The notes: generated from the letters alone by a model not told the origin. Counted from the first letter of the stretch, positions 30,829-40,944 are shown. The stretch is 64,000 nucleotides of DNA from an uncultured Chloroflexia bacterium (GCA_963763775.1 CAVXPZ010000004.1:512001-576000); one strand, 5' to 3'. Program-made: numbers and translations.

Positions 30829-33381
30829 GTGACCGACTCGCCGGACCGGACGCACATCGAGCGCTACCAGCCAGCGACCATCGAGCCGCACTGGCAGTCG
30901 CGCTGGGCGGAGCTCGGCCTGTACGACACCGACCTCCACGACGAGACCCGGCCAAAGTACGACCTGACCACGATGTACCCGTATCCGTCGGGCGACCTGC
31001 ACATCGGCCACTGGTACATCGTCACGCCATCGGACGCGCTCGCCCGCTATCGCCGGATGCACGGCTACAACGTCTTCTTTCCGATCGGCTTCGACGCCTT
31101 CGGCCTCCCGGCCGAGAACGCCGCGATCAAGAGCGGCGGGCACCCGTTCACGTGGACGATGCAGAACATCGACACGATGCGGCGACAGTTCCGCTCGATG
31201 GGCGCGATGTTCGCGTGGAAGAACGAGGTCGTCACCGCCGATCCCGCCTACTACGTCTGGAACCAGTGGCTGTTCCTGCGCTTCCTGGAGGCAGGCCTCG
31301 CCTATCGCGCGATGTCGCCCGTGGACTGGTGTCCCAACGATGGCACGCTCGCCCGTGAGCAGGTCGAAGGCACCGAACGGCGCTGCTGGCGCTGCGGCGC
31401 GCTCGTCGAGAAGCGCGACCTGGAGCAGTGGTTCCTCAAGACGACCGCGTACGCGGACGAGATGCTGCGCTTCGACGACATCGATTGGCCCGACCCCATC
31501 CGCCTCCAGCAGACGAACTGGATCGGCCGGTCCGAGGGCGCCGAGATCGACTTCCTGACGGCGGCCGACGAGCACCATCCGGGCGACGAGGTCCTGCGCG
31601 TCTTCACCACCCGCCCCGATACGCTGTTCGGCGCCACCTTCATGGTCCTCGCGCCCGAGCATCCGCTGGTCGACTCGTTGACCCATCCCGATCGCTGGGA
31701 AGAGGTCAGCGCGTACATCGGCCAGGCGCGTCGACGGACGGAGATCGACCGGCTGTCGACCGACCGCGAGAAGACGGGCGTCGCCCTGGGTGCCGATGCC
31801 GTCAACCCGGTGAACGGCGAGCGCATCCCGATCTTCATCGCCGACTACGTGCTGTCCGGCTACGGGACGGGCGCCATCATGGCCGTCCCCGCCCACGACG
31901 AGCGTGACTTCGCGTTCGCCCAGAGGTTCGGGTTGCCGATCCGACGGGTCGTCGCCGGCTCGGGCGTCGAGGCGGACGATCCGCTGGGGTCCGCCTTCAT
32001 CGCGCATGCCGCCGACGAGCGTCTGGTCAACAGCGGTCCGTTCGACGGACTGCTCGCCGACGAGGGCGGCAAGGCGATCGTGGCCAAGCTCGCCGCGGCC
32101 GGGCTGGCCAGTCCCAAGGTCACCTACCGATTACGCGACTGGCTGTTCAGCCGCCAGCGCTACTGGGGCACGCCCATCCCGGTCGCGTACTGCGAGGTCG
32201 ACGGCATCGTCCCGATCCCCGACGACCAGCTGCCGGTGCTGCTCCCCGAGACGGTCGACTACCGCGGCAGCGGCGACAACCCGCTGACCCGCGACGAGGC
32301 GTTCCTGCACGTCGCCTGCCCGCGCTGCGGTCGAGCCGCCCGGCGCGAGACCGACACGATGGACACGTTCATCAATTCCTCGTGGTACTGGTTCCGGTAC
32401 CTGTCACCGGACAAGACCGACGGCCCGTTCGACGGGGAGATGGTCGAGCGCTGGACCCCGGTCGACCAGTACACCGGCGGCGCCGAGCACGCGGTCATGC
32501 ACCTGATGTACGCCCGGTTCGTCACCAAGGCGATGGCCGACCTGGGCCTCATGACCCAGCGCGAGCCATTCAAGCGGCTGTTCAACCAGGGCCAGATCCT
32601 GGGCGCCGACGGCGAGCGCATGTCCAAGTCGCGAGGCAACGTCCAGGACCCCGACGAGCTGGTCGGGCGATACGGCGCCGATACCGTGCGGCTGTTCCTG
32701 ATGTTCATGGGACCCTGGGACCAGGGCGGCCCGTGGAGCCCGACCGGCATCGGCGGCGTCCACCGCTTCCTGAACCGGATCTGGACGCTGGTCATCGATC
32801 CCCACGGGCGCGAGCCGGGCGACCCGGATGCCGGCAGCCTGCCCGTGGGCCAGGACGAGGCCGCGGCCCGGGCGGCCTTGCGAAGCGCCACGCATCGGAC
32901 GCTCCGCGACGTGACCGCCGACTACGAGGCGTTCCACTTCAACACCATGATCGCCAAGCTCATGGAGCTCGCGAACACCCTGTTCCGCTATCGCGGCACC
33001 ACGGTCGCCGGGTCCCCGGAGTGGGTCGAGGCCATCCGATCCCTGCTGCTGATGCTCGCGCCGGCGGCGCCGCACATCACCGAGGAGCTGTGGAGCCGGC
33101 TTGCCGCCGAGTCGGGCGCCGCCTGGTCGTCGATCCACCTCGAAGCCTGGCCGGTCGTCGACGCGAGCGCCACGACCGAGGCCACGCGCGAGGTGCCGGT
33201 CCAGATCAACGGCAAGCTGCGCGACAAGCTGACCGTCGCCACCGATATCGATGCCGCGGCGCTCGAGGCCCTGGTGCTCGCGAGCCCGAAGATCGCCGCG
33301 GCGCTCGCCGGCCGGGCACCCGACCGCATCATCGCGGCCGGCGGCGGGAAGCTCATCAACATCGTCCTGCGCGACGCCTGA
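30829..33381 (+). CDS. leuS: Leucine--tRNA ligase
   Basis: PYPSGDLHIGH (HIGH), GFDAFGLPAENAAI, FTTRPDT, SRQRYWG, RMSKS. Confidence 0.97.
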   Translation: MTDSPDRTHIERYQPATIEPHWQSRWAELGLYDTDLHDETRPKYDLTTMYPYPSGDLHIGHWYIVTPSDALARYRRMHGYNVFFPIGFDAFGLPAENAAIKSGGHPFTWTMQNIDTMRRQFRSMGAMFAWKNEVVTADPAYYVWNQWLFLRFLEAGLAYRAMSPVDWCPNDGTLAREQVEGTERRCWRCGALVEKRDLEQWFLKTTAYADEMLRFDDIDWPDPIRLQQTNWIGRSEGAEIDFLTAADEHHPGDEVLRVFTTRPDTLFGATFMVLAPEHPLVDSLTHPDRWEEVSAYIGQARRRTEIDRLSTDREKTGVALGADAVNPVNGERIPIFIADYVLSGYGTGAIMAVPAHDERDFAFAQRFGLPIRRVVAGSGVEADDPLGSAFIAHAADERLVNSGPFDGLLADEGGKAIVAKLAAAGLASPKVTYRLRDWLFSRQRYWGTPIPVAYCEVDGIVPIPDDQLPVLLPETVDYRGSGDNPLTRDEAFLHVACPRCGRAARRETDTMDTFINSSWYWFRYLSPDKTDGPFDGEMVERWTPVDQYTGGAEHAVMHLMYARFVTKAMADLGLMTQREPFKRLFNQGQILGADGERMSKSRGNVQDPDELVGRYGADTVRLFLMFMGPWDQGGPWSPTGIGGVHRFLNRIWTLVIDPHGREPGDPDAGSLPVGQDEAAARAALRSATHRTLRDVTADYEAFHFNTMIAKLMELANTLFRYRGTTVAGSPEWVEAIRSLLLMLAPAAPHITEELWSRLAAESGAAWSSIHLEAWPVVDASATTEATREVPVQINGKLRDKLTVATDIDAAALEALVLASPKIAAALAGRAPDRIIAAGGGKLINIVLRDA

Positions 33382-33463
33382 GCGCGCCGCACGGGGCGTC
33401 TCCAACGACCGCGTCCGGATGACGCCAGACCGCTAGGCTTTCGGCCACGATGAGCGATCCAGG

Positions 33464-35098
33464 TTGACTCGCCCAGGCCGCCGCTTCGATCCGATCCGCG
33501 TCCGGGTCGCCCCGGTCATCCTCATCGTCGTCGCCTTCGACCTGGTCCTGGTCTTCGGCAGCGCGATGTTCACCCAGCCGCCGATGACGGCCGCGCCCTG
33601 GTGGGCGACCCTGTTCTTCCAGCTGTTCGCCATCGCGACGGCGGCGGTCGGCGCGGCCGCCCTCATCGATCCGCGCCCGATCCTCCTGCGCCAGGCGCTC
33701 GGCGCCACGGCCGTCGTCTGGCTGGTCGTGCTCGTCGCCGGTGTCGTGCTCGCCGCGAACGGCGGCCACGGGTTCCTCGACTTGTGGCCCGTGTGGGCGA
33801 TCATCGTCGCGCTCGTGCTGGCGGTCTGGGTCCTGATCGGCGCCTCGACCGAGCTGTCCGAAGCGGAGGCCGAGGAGCCAGGTCTCGGCGAACTCGGGAT
33901 GGTCGTGGTCCTCGCGTCGGCGATCGTGGTCGCCGGGGGTGCAGCGGTCGTCATCGCGAACGTCGTCGCCAGTGCCGCGCGGGCGATCGGGCCGGCCGGG
34001 TTGCCGGTCCGCCTGCCGTGGGCCGCGGTGGCCGTCGTCGTCCTGCTGCCCGTCGCGACCTTCGCCGTCGCCGCCATCGATTCGCGGCGCGCCGCCGGGG
34101 GCACGTTCTACGCCCAGGCCGCGGCGAACCGGCGCAACAGCGTCCTGCTCCTGCTGACGCTCGTCGGCGTGGTCGCGGCGACCGCCGAGATCATCGCCGT
34201 CACCCTGACCTTCGATCCAGTGCCGGCACTCTGGACGGCCGGCGCGGCGGCACTCGTCGGTCTCGCCGCCGCGGCCGGAGCGAACCGGTTCGGCGCCTCC
34301 ATCATCCTCGACAGCGCCGGCGCCAAGCGAGCGGACGAGACCGGCGATCACGACCTGATCGACGTCGTCCGCGAGCTGTCGCTGGCGGCCGGGATCCCGC
34401 CACCGATGACCTATGTCATCCAGGACGGGAGCCAGAACGCCTTCGCGACCGGGCGGGACCCCGACCATGCATCACTCGTCGTGACGCGCGGTCTCCTCGA
34501 TCGCATGGACCGCGAGGAGCTGCAAGGCGTCATCGGGCACGAGCTCGGCCACGTCCGCAACCTCGATACCCGGTATGCCCTCTACGTCGCGGTGCTCGTC
34601 GGCCTCGTCGCGGTCGTCACCGACGGGTTCCTCCGGATCATCGTCGACGCCTGGCGGCATGGCGCGTTCTACTGGCGCGGCTCGGGCAAGAGTGCGGCGG
34701 GAGCGTTCGCGACGGGCATCCTCGTCGGGATCTTCCTCCTGTTCGTGGCGGCGCTGCTCCGCGTCCTGGCGCCGCTGTTCTCGGCGCTGGTCCAGGCCGC
34801 GTCCAGCCGACAACGCGAATTCCTCGCCGATGCCACATCGGTCGAGTTCACGAGAAACCCGCGGGCGCTGGAGCGTGCGCTGACGTCGATCGCGTCGGAC
34901 ACGGACACCCTGGAGGCGGCGAATCGTGGCACCCAGCACCTTTGGTTCCGCAACCCGGTCAAGGACGGCAGCGACCGTCGAGCTGGTCTGCTCTCGACAC
35001 ACCCGTCCCTGACGGCGAGGATCGACCGTCTGCGCACACTCGAGGGTCTCGCGCCGCTCGCCGCGGACGAGGCGGCGGCGACCTCCGCGGAGACCTGA
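33464..35098 (+). CDS. HtpX/M48 zinc metalloprotease with extra N-terminal TM region
   Basis: NAFATGRDP, HELGH, SRQREFLADA, THPS...RI. Confidence 0.85.
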   Translation: MTRPGRRFDPIRVRVAPVILIVVAFDLVLVFGSAMFTQPPMTAAPWWATLFFQLFAIATAAVGAAALIDPRPILLRQALGATAVVWLVVLVAGVVLAANGGHGFLDLWPVWAIIVALVLAVWVLIGASTELSEAEAEEPGLGELGMVVVLASAIVVAGGAAVVIANVVASAARAIGPAGLPVRLPWAAVAVVVLLPVATFAVAAIDSRRAAGGTFYAQAAANRRNSVLLLLTLVGVVAATAEIIAVTLTFDPVPALWTAGAAALVGLAAAAGANRFGASIILDSAGAKRADETGDHDLIDVVRELSLAAGIPPPMTYVIQDGSQNAFATGRDPDHASLVVTRGLLDRMDREELQGVIGHELGHVRNLDTRYALYVAVLVGLVAVVTDGFLRIIVDAWRHGAFYWRGSGKSAAGAFATGILVGIFLLFVAALLRVLAPLFSALVQAASSRQREFLADATSVEFTRNPRALERALTSIASDTDTLEAANRGTQHLWFRNPVKDGSDRRAGLLSTHPSLTARIDRLRTLEGLAPLAADEAAATSAET

Positions 35099-35208
35099 AC
35101 GCTCCTGTACGCTCCGCTGGCCCACCCACCGACCATCGTCGTCGGGAGCGAACGGCCTGCCCGAGCGCGACGGACGCTGCTCGGCGCGTGGACAGATGGG
35201 AGATCGCG

Positions 35209-35556
35209 ATGAGCCAGGAGCCGGCGGAGGCACACCAGACGAAGGGGGTGACGGTGACGTCACTCGCCACGGTCGACCTCGGCCCGGAGATCGAGGGGAT
35301 GGCGGGCCGCCAGCTTCGGATGCGCATGGTGACCATCGAGCCGGGCGGCGTCTTCGGCCCGGTCCACGACCATGTCGGCCGACCAGGCACGGTCTACGTC
35401 CTCCAGGGCACGATCACGGACCATCGGAACGGGGTCGCGACCGAATACGGGCCGGGCGTGGGCTGGCCCGAGGATCGAGAGACGCTGCATTGGCTCGAGA
35501 ACGCGGGAGCCGTCCCGGCGGTGGAGATCTCGGTCGATATCGTCACGAACGGGTGA
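35209..35556 (+). CDS. Cupin domain protein
   Basis: TIEPGG...HDH..RPGTVYVLQG...HWLEN. Confidence 0.85.
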   Translation: MSQEPAEAHQTKGVTVTSLATVDLGPEIEGMAGRQLRMRMVTIEPGGVFGPVHDHVGRPGTVYVLQGTITDHRNGVATEYGPGVGWPEDRETLHWLENAGAVPAVEISVDIVTNG

Positions 35557-35582
35557 CCTTCCTTGAACATACGGAGCGTGAC

Positions 35583-36521
35583 GTGAGCGACATCCAATTC
35601 GGCGCACTCTGCTGGAACCAGTACACCGACTGGCCCGACCTCCTCGCGGCGGGCGTCCGGGCCGACCAGCTCGGCTACGACACCCTGTGGACGTGGGACC
35701 ACCTGTACCCGATCGTCGGCAGCCACGAGGGGCCGATCTTCGAGGGCTGGCTGACGCTCGCCGCGTGGGCGCAGGCCACCGAACGCGTCCGAATCGGGTT
35801 GATGGTCGGGGCCAACACGTTCCGCGAGCCGACCCTCACCGCGAAGCTCGCCACGACGCTCGACCACATCTCCGGCGGCCGGGCGATCCTGGGCATCGGC
35901 GGGGCATGGTTCGAGACCGAGCACCGCGCCTACGGGCTCGACTTCGGCGACGGGTTCCCCGAGCGACTGCGCTGGCTCGGCGAGGCCCTGCCGGTCATGC
36001 GCGGCATGCTCCACGGCGAACGGCCGACCGCCGCCGGACCGCGCTACCGCGCGGCGGGCGTCCGCAACGACCCGCCGCCGGTCCAGGAGCGCTTGCCGCT
36101 GCTCATCGGCGGCGGCGGCGAGCAGGTCACGCTCAAGCTCGTGGCGCGCTATGGCGACGCGAATAACGTCGGCGGCGGGCTCGAGAACGTGAAGCGCAAG
36201 GAGGCCATCCTCGTCCAGCACTGCGAGACCGTCGGGCGCGACCCGTCGGAGATCGAGCGGACGACGGGCCTCGGGAGCGTGATCATCCGCGACTCGCGCG
36301 AGGAGGCGACTCGCGTCCAGCGGGCGATCTTCGCCGCCAACGGCGGCGCCGAGGTCTGGTCCGACCAGCCCGTCGGGACGCCCGAGGACGTTGCGGAGCG
36401 GATCGCGCCGTTCCTCGAGATCGGCTACCGCCACCTCATCGCCGGCTTCCCGTCCCCCTACGACGAGGAGTCGATGACCCGGCTCGTGACCGAGGTCCGG
36501 CCGATGCTCGAGGGCCGCTAG
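35583..36521 (+). CDS. LLM class flavin/F420-dependent oxidoreductase
   Basis: LWTWDHLYP, FEGWLTLAA, TLDHISGGRAILGIGGAW, LIGGGGE. Confidence 0.9.
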   Translation: MSDIQFGALCWNQYTDWPDLLAAGVRADQLGYDTLWTWDHLYPIVGSHEGPIFEGWLTLAAWAQATERVRIGLMVGANTFREPTLTAKLATTLDHISGGRAILGIGGAWFETEHRAYGLDFGDGFPERLRWLGEALPVMRGMLHGERPTAAGPRYRAAGVRNDPPPVQERLPLLIGGGGEQVTLKLVARYGDANNVGGGLENVKRKEAILVQHCETVGRDPSEIERTTGLGSVIIRDSREEATRVQRAIFAANGGAEVWSDQPVGTPEDVAERIAPFLEIGYRHLIAGFPSPYDEESMTRLVTEVRPMLEGR

Positions 36522-36540
36522 CAGGCCTCGGTCCGCCGGT

Positions 36541-37194
36541 CTACGCGATCGAGGCGGCGTCCTCGGCGGCATCCTTCGCCCGGGCGCGGTGGCGCGCCTG
36601 CTTGGCGCGGTTGCCGCAGGTCGCCATGTCGCACCAGCGACGCCGGCCCGTGCGGGAGGTGTCGTAGAAGACCCAGCGGCAGGTGTCGTTGGCGCAGATC
36701 CGGATCCGCTCGGGGTTCCCGCCCGTCAGCTCGGTGACGAGCGCCTCCGAGAGCCGCGCCAGGGCGTCGTCGACGGGGTCGCCCACATGTCGATGGTCGA
36801 CGTGGACGCCGTCCGGCGCCGAGACGAGCTCGATGACCTGGCGGGCGTGGAGCGCGCGGTTGACCTCGGTCAGCGACGCCTTGCGGGGCACGCGGTGCTC
36901 GGCGACCGCGTCGGCGACCTCGCGAAGCGCCTTGCGGACCCCGCGGATCCGGTCGAGATGGCGCTCGGCGGTCTGCGGGTCCGCGGCGCCTTCGTCGCGG
37001 ATCCGGTCGGCACCTTCGAGGTGCATGAGGCCGCGGTCCGCGAACCACGTGAGCGCGACGTCGATGGTCGGAAAGCCCTCGACGGGGAAACCATCGTCGT
37101 ACTCGAGGGAGTTCAGGAAGTCGAAGGTCGTTTCGACGCTGACGTCGTGCGCGTGGCCTCGGTCGACCGGATGGATCGTTGGAAGAGTCGTCAT
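36541..37194 (-). CDS. ABATE / CGNR zinc-finger protein
   Basis: DFLNS; CANDTCRWVFYDTSRTGRRRWCDMATCGNRAK. Confidence 0.92.
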   Translation of the reverse strand: MTTLPTIHPVDRGHAHDVSVETTFDFLNSLEYDDGFPVEGFPTIDVALTWFADRGLMHLEGADRIRDEGAADPQTAERHLDRIRGVRKALREVADAVAEHRVPRKASLTEVNRALHARQVIELVSAPDGVHVDHRHVGDPVDDALARLSEALVTELTGGNPERIRICANDTCRWVFYDTSRTGRRRWCDMATCGNRAKQARHRARAKDAAEDAASIA

Positions 37195-37197
37195 GGT

Positions 37198-37278
37198 GTA
37201 ACCACTCTAGACCTATTGACAGGTTACGCGCAAGCCGCTACATTGTGCGTAACCGGTAAAGACTTCTGAATCGGTTAC
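37198..37278 (+). promoter_or_regulatory. Two GTAACC-N18-GGTTAC operators around a sigma70 promoter
   Basis: Operators at 37198-37227 and 37249-37278; TTGACA(37216)-N17-TACATT(37239). Confidence 0.8.
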
Positions 37279-37302
37279 ATCTCAGCCGCAAGGAGGCCCC
37301 AC

Positions 37303-37419
37303 ATGGAAGCCATCGCCCTGGTCCTGAGCCTCTTCGCCGGGGTCCTCGTCATCGACATCGCCGCCGTGATCTGGGGCGTCGATTCCCGCGAGTCGATGAT
37401 CGACGACCGTCGCCGCTGA
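37303..37419 (+). CDS. Small membrane peptide (38 aa, GVDSR motif)
   Basis: MEAIALVLSLFAGVLVIDIAAVIWGVDSRESMIDDRRR with RBS AAGGAGG. Confidence 0.75.
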   Translation: MEAIALVLSLFAGVLVIDIAAVIWGVDSRESMIDDRRR

Positions 37420-37443
37420 ACGTCCCGAAGGAGTCCTCCACTC

Positions 37444-37677
37444 ATGCTGCACTACACCTTCATCGCGCTCGATCTGGCGAACGAGCGCGCCCATGAAGCC
37501 GACCGACATCGACTCGCCGCCGAGGCCCGCAGCGGCCGCCCGCACCGGCCGTCGTGGCCCCGCCGCGGTCTCGCCCACGGGTTCGCCCTGCTCAGCCGCG
37601 GGTCGGCGTCGGTCACTCGCCGCCTCGACGACTGCGTCGCCGACGACCTCGGCCGCCGACTCGCCCCGACCGAGTAG
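37444..37677 (+). CDS. Small hypothetical protein (77 aa)
   Basis: RBS GAAGGAG; GC3-rich codons. Confidence 0.7.
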   Translation: MLHYTFIALDLANERAHEADRHRLAAEARSGRPHRPSWPRRGLAHGFALLSRGSASVTRRLDDCVADDLGRRLAPTE

Positions 37678-37700
37678 GCTTGTGCGCCACGGAGGTGGCG

Positions 37701-38105
37701 ATGACGAACGGCACGGCCGCGGTCTCCTGGGGAGCCGGCCACATCGATCTCTTCTCGGTGGACGACGCACGAGCGCTCGTCCACCGTTCGTTTTCCGGCG
37801 GCACCTGGAGCGAGCCGGTGTCGCTCGGCGGGACGCTCGCCTCGCCACCGGCGGCGACCGCGTGGGCCGTCGGCCAGCTCCAGGTCTTCGCGATCTTCGA
37901 CGACGGCGAACTCTGGAACCGCTATTGGGACGGCACCTCGTGGCACCCCTGGGAGTCGCTGGGGGGCCGATTGACGGGCTCGCCGGCCGCGTCCTCCTGG
38001 GGCGCCGACCGCATCGACGTGTGGGCGCCGGGACAGGACGGCACCATCTGGCATCGGTGGTGGGACGGGAGCCGCTGGGTCGAGTGGGAGCAGCTGGCGC
38101 CTTGA
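37701..38105 (+). CDS. Trp-rich beta-propeller lectin-like protein (3 repeats)
   Basis: Repeated PAA.SWG...IDVF...DG.LWHR.WDG..W..WESLGG units; RBS GGAGG. Confidence 0.75.
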   Translation: MTNGTAAVSWGAGHIDLFSVDDARALVHRSFSGGTWSEPVSLGGTLASPPAATAWAVGQLQVFAIFDDGELWNRYWDGTSWHPWESLGGRLTGSPAASSWGADRIDVWAPGQDGTIWHRWWDGSRWVEWEQLAP

Positions 38106-38112
38106 TCTGCCG

Positions 38113-38629
38113 ATGAAGCGCGCGGCGCCGATCCTCGTCGTCCTCCTCTTGGCGCCACTCCTGGCGGCGGGCTGCACGCGCTTCGGTCCGCAGTGTGCCC
38201 TGACGATCGCCGCGATCCCGACGGGGTCCGGCGCGGTGGAGGGGCAGCGGCTGCCGTCGAACTCGGTGATCCTGGCGTCGCCCGCGGACTTCGATCCCGA
38301 AGCACGCGTCGTGGGGCCAGGGCCCGGATGGGGCGCCGACGATCAGCGTCCAGATGTGGCCCGACGCCACGGCGAGCGTCGCCGCCTACACGAGCGACAA
38401 CATCGGCGTGCCACTCGCGGTCGCGATCAACAAGACGATCTTCACGGTCGCGCCGATCACCGCGCCGATCACGGACGGGGCGATGACGATCGTCCCGGAG
38501 GACGCTGACCAAGCGATCCGGCTGCCGACGCTCTTCGAAGGGTGCGTCTCGCACCCGTATCTGCCGTCCGCGTCGCCGTCGCCGGGGTCGTCAGCAGCGC
38601 CGGTGGCGTCGCCGGCCGCCTCGAGATGA
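38113..38629 (+). CDS. Lipoprotein with SecDF P1-head-like segment (frameshift near 38350)
   Basis: Lipobox LAAGC; YTSDNIGVPLAVAINKTIFTVAPITAPITDG. Confidence 0.5.
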
Positions 38630-38645
38630 GCGGCCTGGGCGACCG

Positions 38646-39041
38646 CTAGGCGTGAGGCCGCCGGGCGACGGCGGCGTCGACGCGAGCCCGGACGTCCGGG
38701 AACGTGGCCATCACGCGCCCGAACTCGAAGGTGCCCAGCTCGACGAGATCGCAGTCCGTGGCGCAGATCGCGGTCGCCGTGCGGTCGCCGCCCTCCACGA
38801 GGGCGATCTCGCCGAGGAACCCGCCGTCCGACATCGAGCCGACGAAGCGACCCTGTCGCTGGATGTGGATCGTCCCGGTGACGATGACGTAGAAGGCGTC
38901 GGCAGGCTCGCCTTCGCGGACGAGCACCGTGTCGGCCGGGAACGAGACGATCCGAGCCAAGGCCCCCACCGCCTCCATGCTCCGCGGGTCCAGCTTGGCG
39001 AAGATCGGAAGGCGGGCCAGGATGTCGGTCTTCTGGTCCAT
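38646..39041 (-). CDS. Stand-alone cyclic-nucleotide-binding domain protein
   Basis: LVREGEPADAFYVIVTG, GEIAL..GGDRTAT. Confidence 0.88.
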   Translation of the reverse strand: MDQKTDILARLPIFAKLDPRSMEAVGALARIVSFPADTVLVREGEPADAFYVIVTGTIHIQRQGRFVGSMSDGGFLGEIALVEGGDRTATAICATDCDLVELGTFEFGRVMATFPDVRARVDAAVARRPHA

Positions 39042-39056
39042 GACCTGAGGATAGCG

Positions 39057-40808
39057 TCAGGTGGTGGCGGCCGCCCGGTCGAGGTTCGCCTGCGCCATCC
39101 GCTCCGTGACGGCCGCAGCGGCCGGGCCGGCGACCGCGGCGAGGAACGTCGTCGAGTCGACGGTGTAGCCCGTCACGTCCGTCAGCGCGACCACGGTCGC
39201 GGTCCGCGCGGTCCGACGCAGCAGCGCGATCTCCCCGACCCCCGCACCCGGCCCAAGCCGATGGACGGGCTGCCCGTCGACGAGCACCTCGACCTCGCCG
39301 GCCTCGATCACCACGAACCGGTCGCCGGGCTCGCCCTGCGTCATCAGCGCCGTCCCCTCTCGGCTCTGGAACGGCACCAGACCTTCCACGAGGCGCTCGA
39401 CCGCGGTGAGGGGCATCTCGGCGAAGGCCGGCACACGCCGAAGCAAGTCGACCAGGCGCTCGTCGACGACCGTGACCTGCTCGGTGTGCCCGATGCGCGA
39501 CTGCAGCACCAGGGCGAGGACCGGAAGGATGGCACCGCCGGCGATCAGGGCCCCGCGCGTCCCGAGGACGAACAGGAGGACCGGGGCGAGGAGGCTGCCG
39601 GACACGGCACCCACCGCGATGATCGCCTCGAGCACCGACAGGACGGGGGCTCGCTCGTCGTTCGACGAGGCGCGCTGGAAGATCGTGAAGAGCGCGACGT
39701 CGTAGGTCGCGTTGGCCACCCCGATCACGACCATCGCCATCAGGGCGACGACATCGACGGGCAGGATGCCGACGACGGCGATCGGCAGGCCCCAGAAGGC
39801 GAGCGCGACGATCATCGTCCTGACGAGGCGCTCGGACCGCACCGACGACATCGCGAAGATCGCGCCGACGAGCCCGCCGAGGCCGAGAGCGGCCCCGAGC
39901 AGCCCGAGCCCCGACTGCCCCATGCCGAGGAGCTCGATCGAGGCGACCACCAATAGCGCGTTGAGCAGCCCGCGGGTCAGGACCTGGCCATAGGTGCCGA
40001 GCATCGACCAGGCGAGCAGGCGTCGCCGGCGGATCACCCGGATCCCGTCCATCAGGCGGAACCCGCCGTCCGCGTGCCCCGAACCTGAGGACGCGTCCGA
40101 CGCCTGCTCGAACCGCAGTCCCGCGGCGATCACCGCCGTGATGAGGAAGACGAGCGCCGCCACCGCGGCCACCGAGGACGGCATCCCGAGCGCCATGAGG
40201 ATCCCGGCGACGAATGGCCCGACGAACGCCCCGAGCCCCTCGCCCGTGCTCCAGGCCGTGTTGGCGGCGACGAGCTCGCCGGGACTGCGGGCGATCGCCG
40301 GCATCAGGGTCACCTGCGTCGGCCGGACGGGGGCGCTCGCCGCCGCCGCGATCGCCGCGAGGACGAAGAGCATGAGGAGGGTGAACTCGTGGTCGCTCTT
40401 GGTGTGGCCGGCCGTGGCGATCACGAACGCCGTCAACCCGGCACTCGCCGCGCGGATCAGTCCGAGCGCGACGAGGATCCGGTCGCCGCGGAACCGCGCG
40501 AGCATCGTGCCCGTGAGCATGCCCGCGACGACGGCCGGGACCATGCGGATCGCCCCGAGCAGCGCGGCCGCGACGACCCCGCCCACGTTGAACACCGCGA
40601 CCAGCGTGACCACCACGAGCGCCGTGTCGGCCGCGATCCCCAGCGTCCACGAGATCCCGAGCCGCCGGATCCCGTCGTTCGCGAGGGCCTGGCGCAGGGC
40701 CGAGATCGTGCTGCGGATCGCCTGTCGCGCCTTGGGCGGCCGCAGGGACCGGGTGCGAGCGGGGGCTGGCGGCGGGGGCTCGATCCGGGCGTTCTCGCCG
40801 TCTGACAT
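39057..40808 (-). CDS. MFS transporter fused to a C-terminal cNMP-binding domain
   Basis: About 12 TMs, then QGEPGDRFVVIEAGEV and GEIALLRRTARTAT. Confidence 0.85.
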   Translation of the reverse strand: MSDGENARIEPPPPAPARTRSLRPPKARQAIRSTISALRQALANDGIRRLGISWTLGIAADTALVVVTLVAVFNVGGVVAAALLGAIRMVPAVVAGMLTGTMLARFRGDRILVALGLIRAASAGLTAFVIATAGHTKSDHEFTLLMLFVLAAIAAAASAPVRPTQVTLMPAIARSPGELVAANTAWSTGEGLGAFVGPFVAGILMALGMPSSVAAVAALVFLITAVIAAGLRFEQASDASSGSGHADGGFRLMDGIRVIRRRRLLAWSMLGTYGQVLTRGLLNALLVVASIELLGMGQSGLGLLGAALGLGGLVGAIFAMSSVRSERLVRTMIVALAFWGLPIAVVGILPVDVVALMAMVVIGVANATYDVALFTIFQRASSNDERAPVLSVLEAIIAVGAVSGSLLAPVLLFVLGTRGALIAGGAILPVLALVLQSRIGHTEQVTVVDERLVDLLRRVPAFAEMPLTAVERLVEGLVPFQSREGTALMTQGEPGDRFVVIEAGEVEVLVDGQPVHRLGPGAGVGEIALLRRTARTATVVALTDVTGYTVDSTTFLAAVAGPAAAAVTERMAQANLDRAAATT

Positions 40809-40944
40809 GCGACCTCGGCTCGGGGCTTGGCGGGCACGGCCCACGCTTGGCGCCGAAGCGTACCGCCACGGTGTCTCACGCGAGAGGTCGTCAGGCGATC
40901 GCGGCGGTCCATCCGGGTCGATACGTCGCAGCGAAGCGTCGGTC

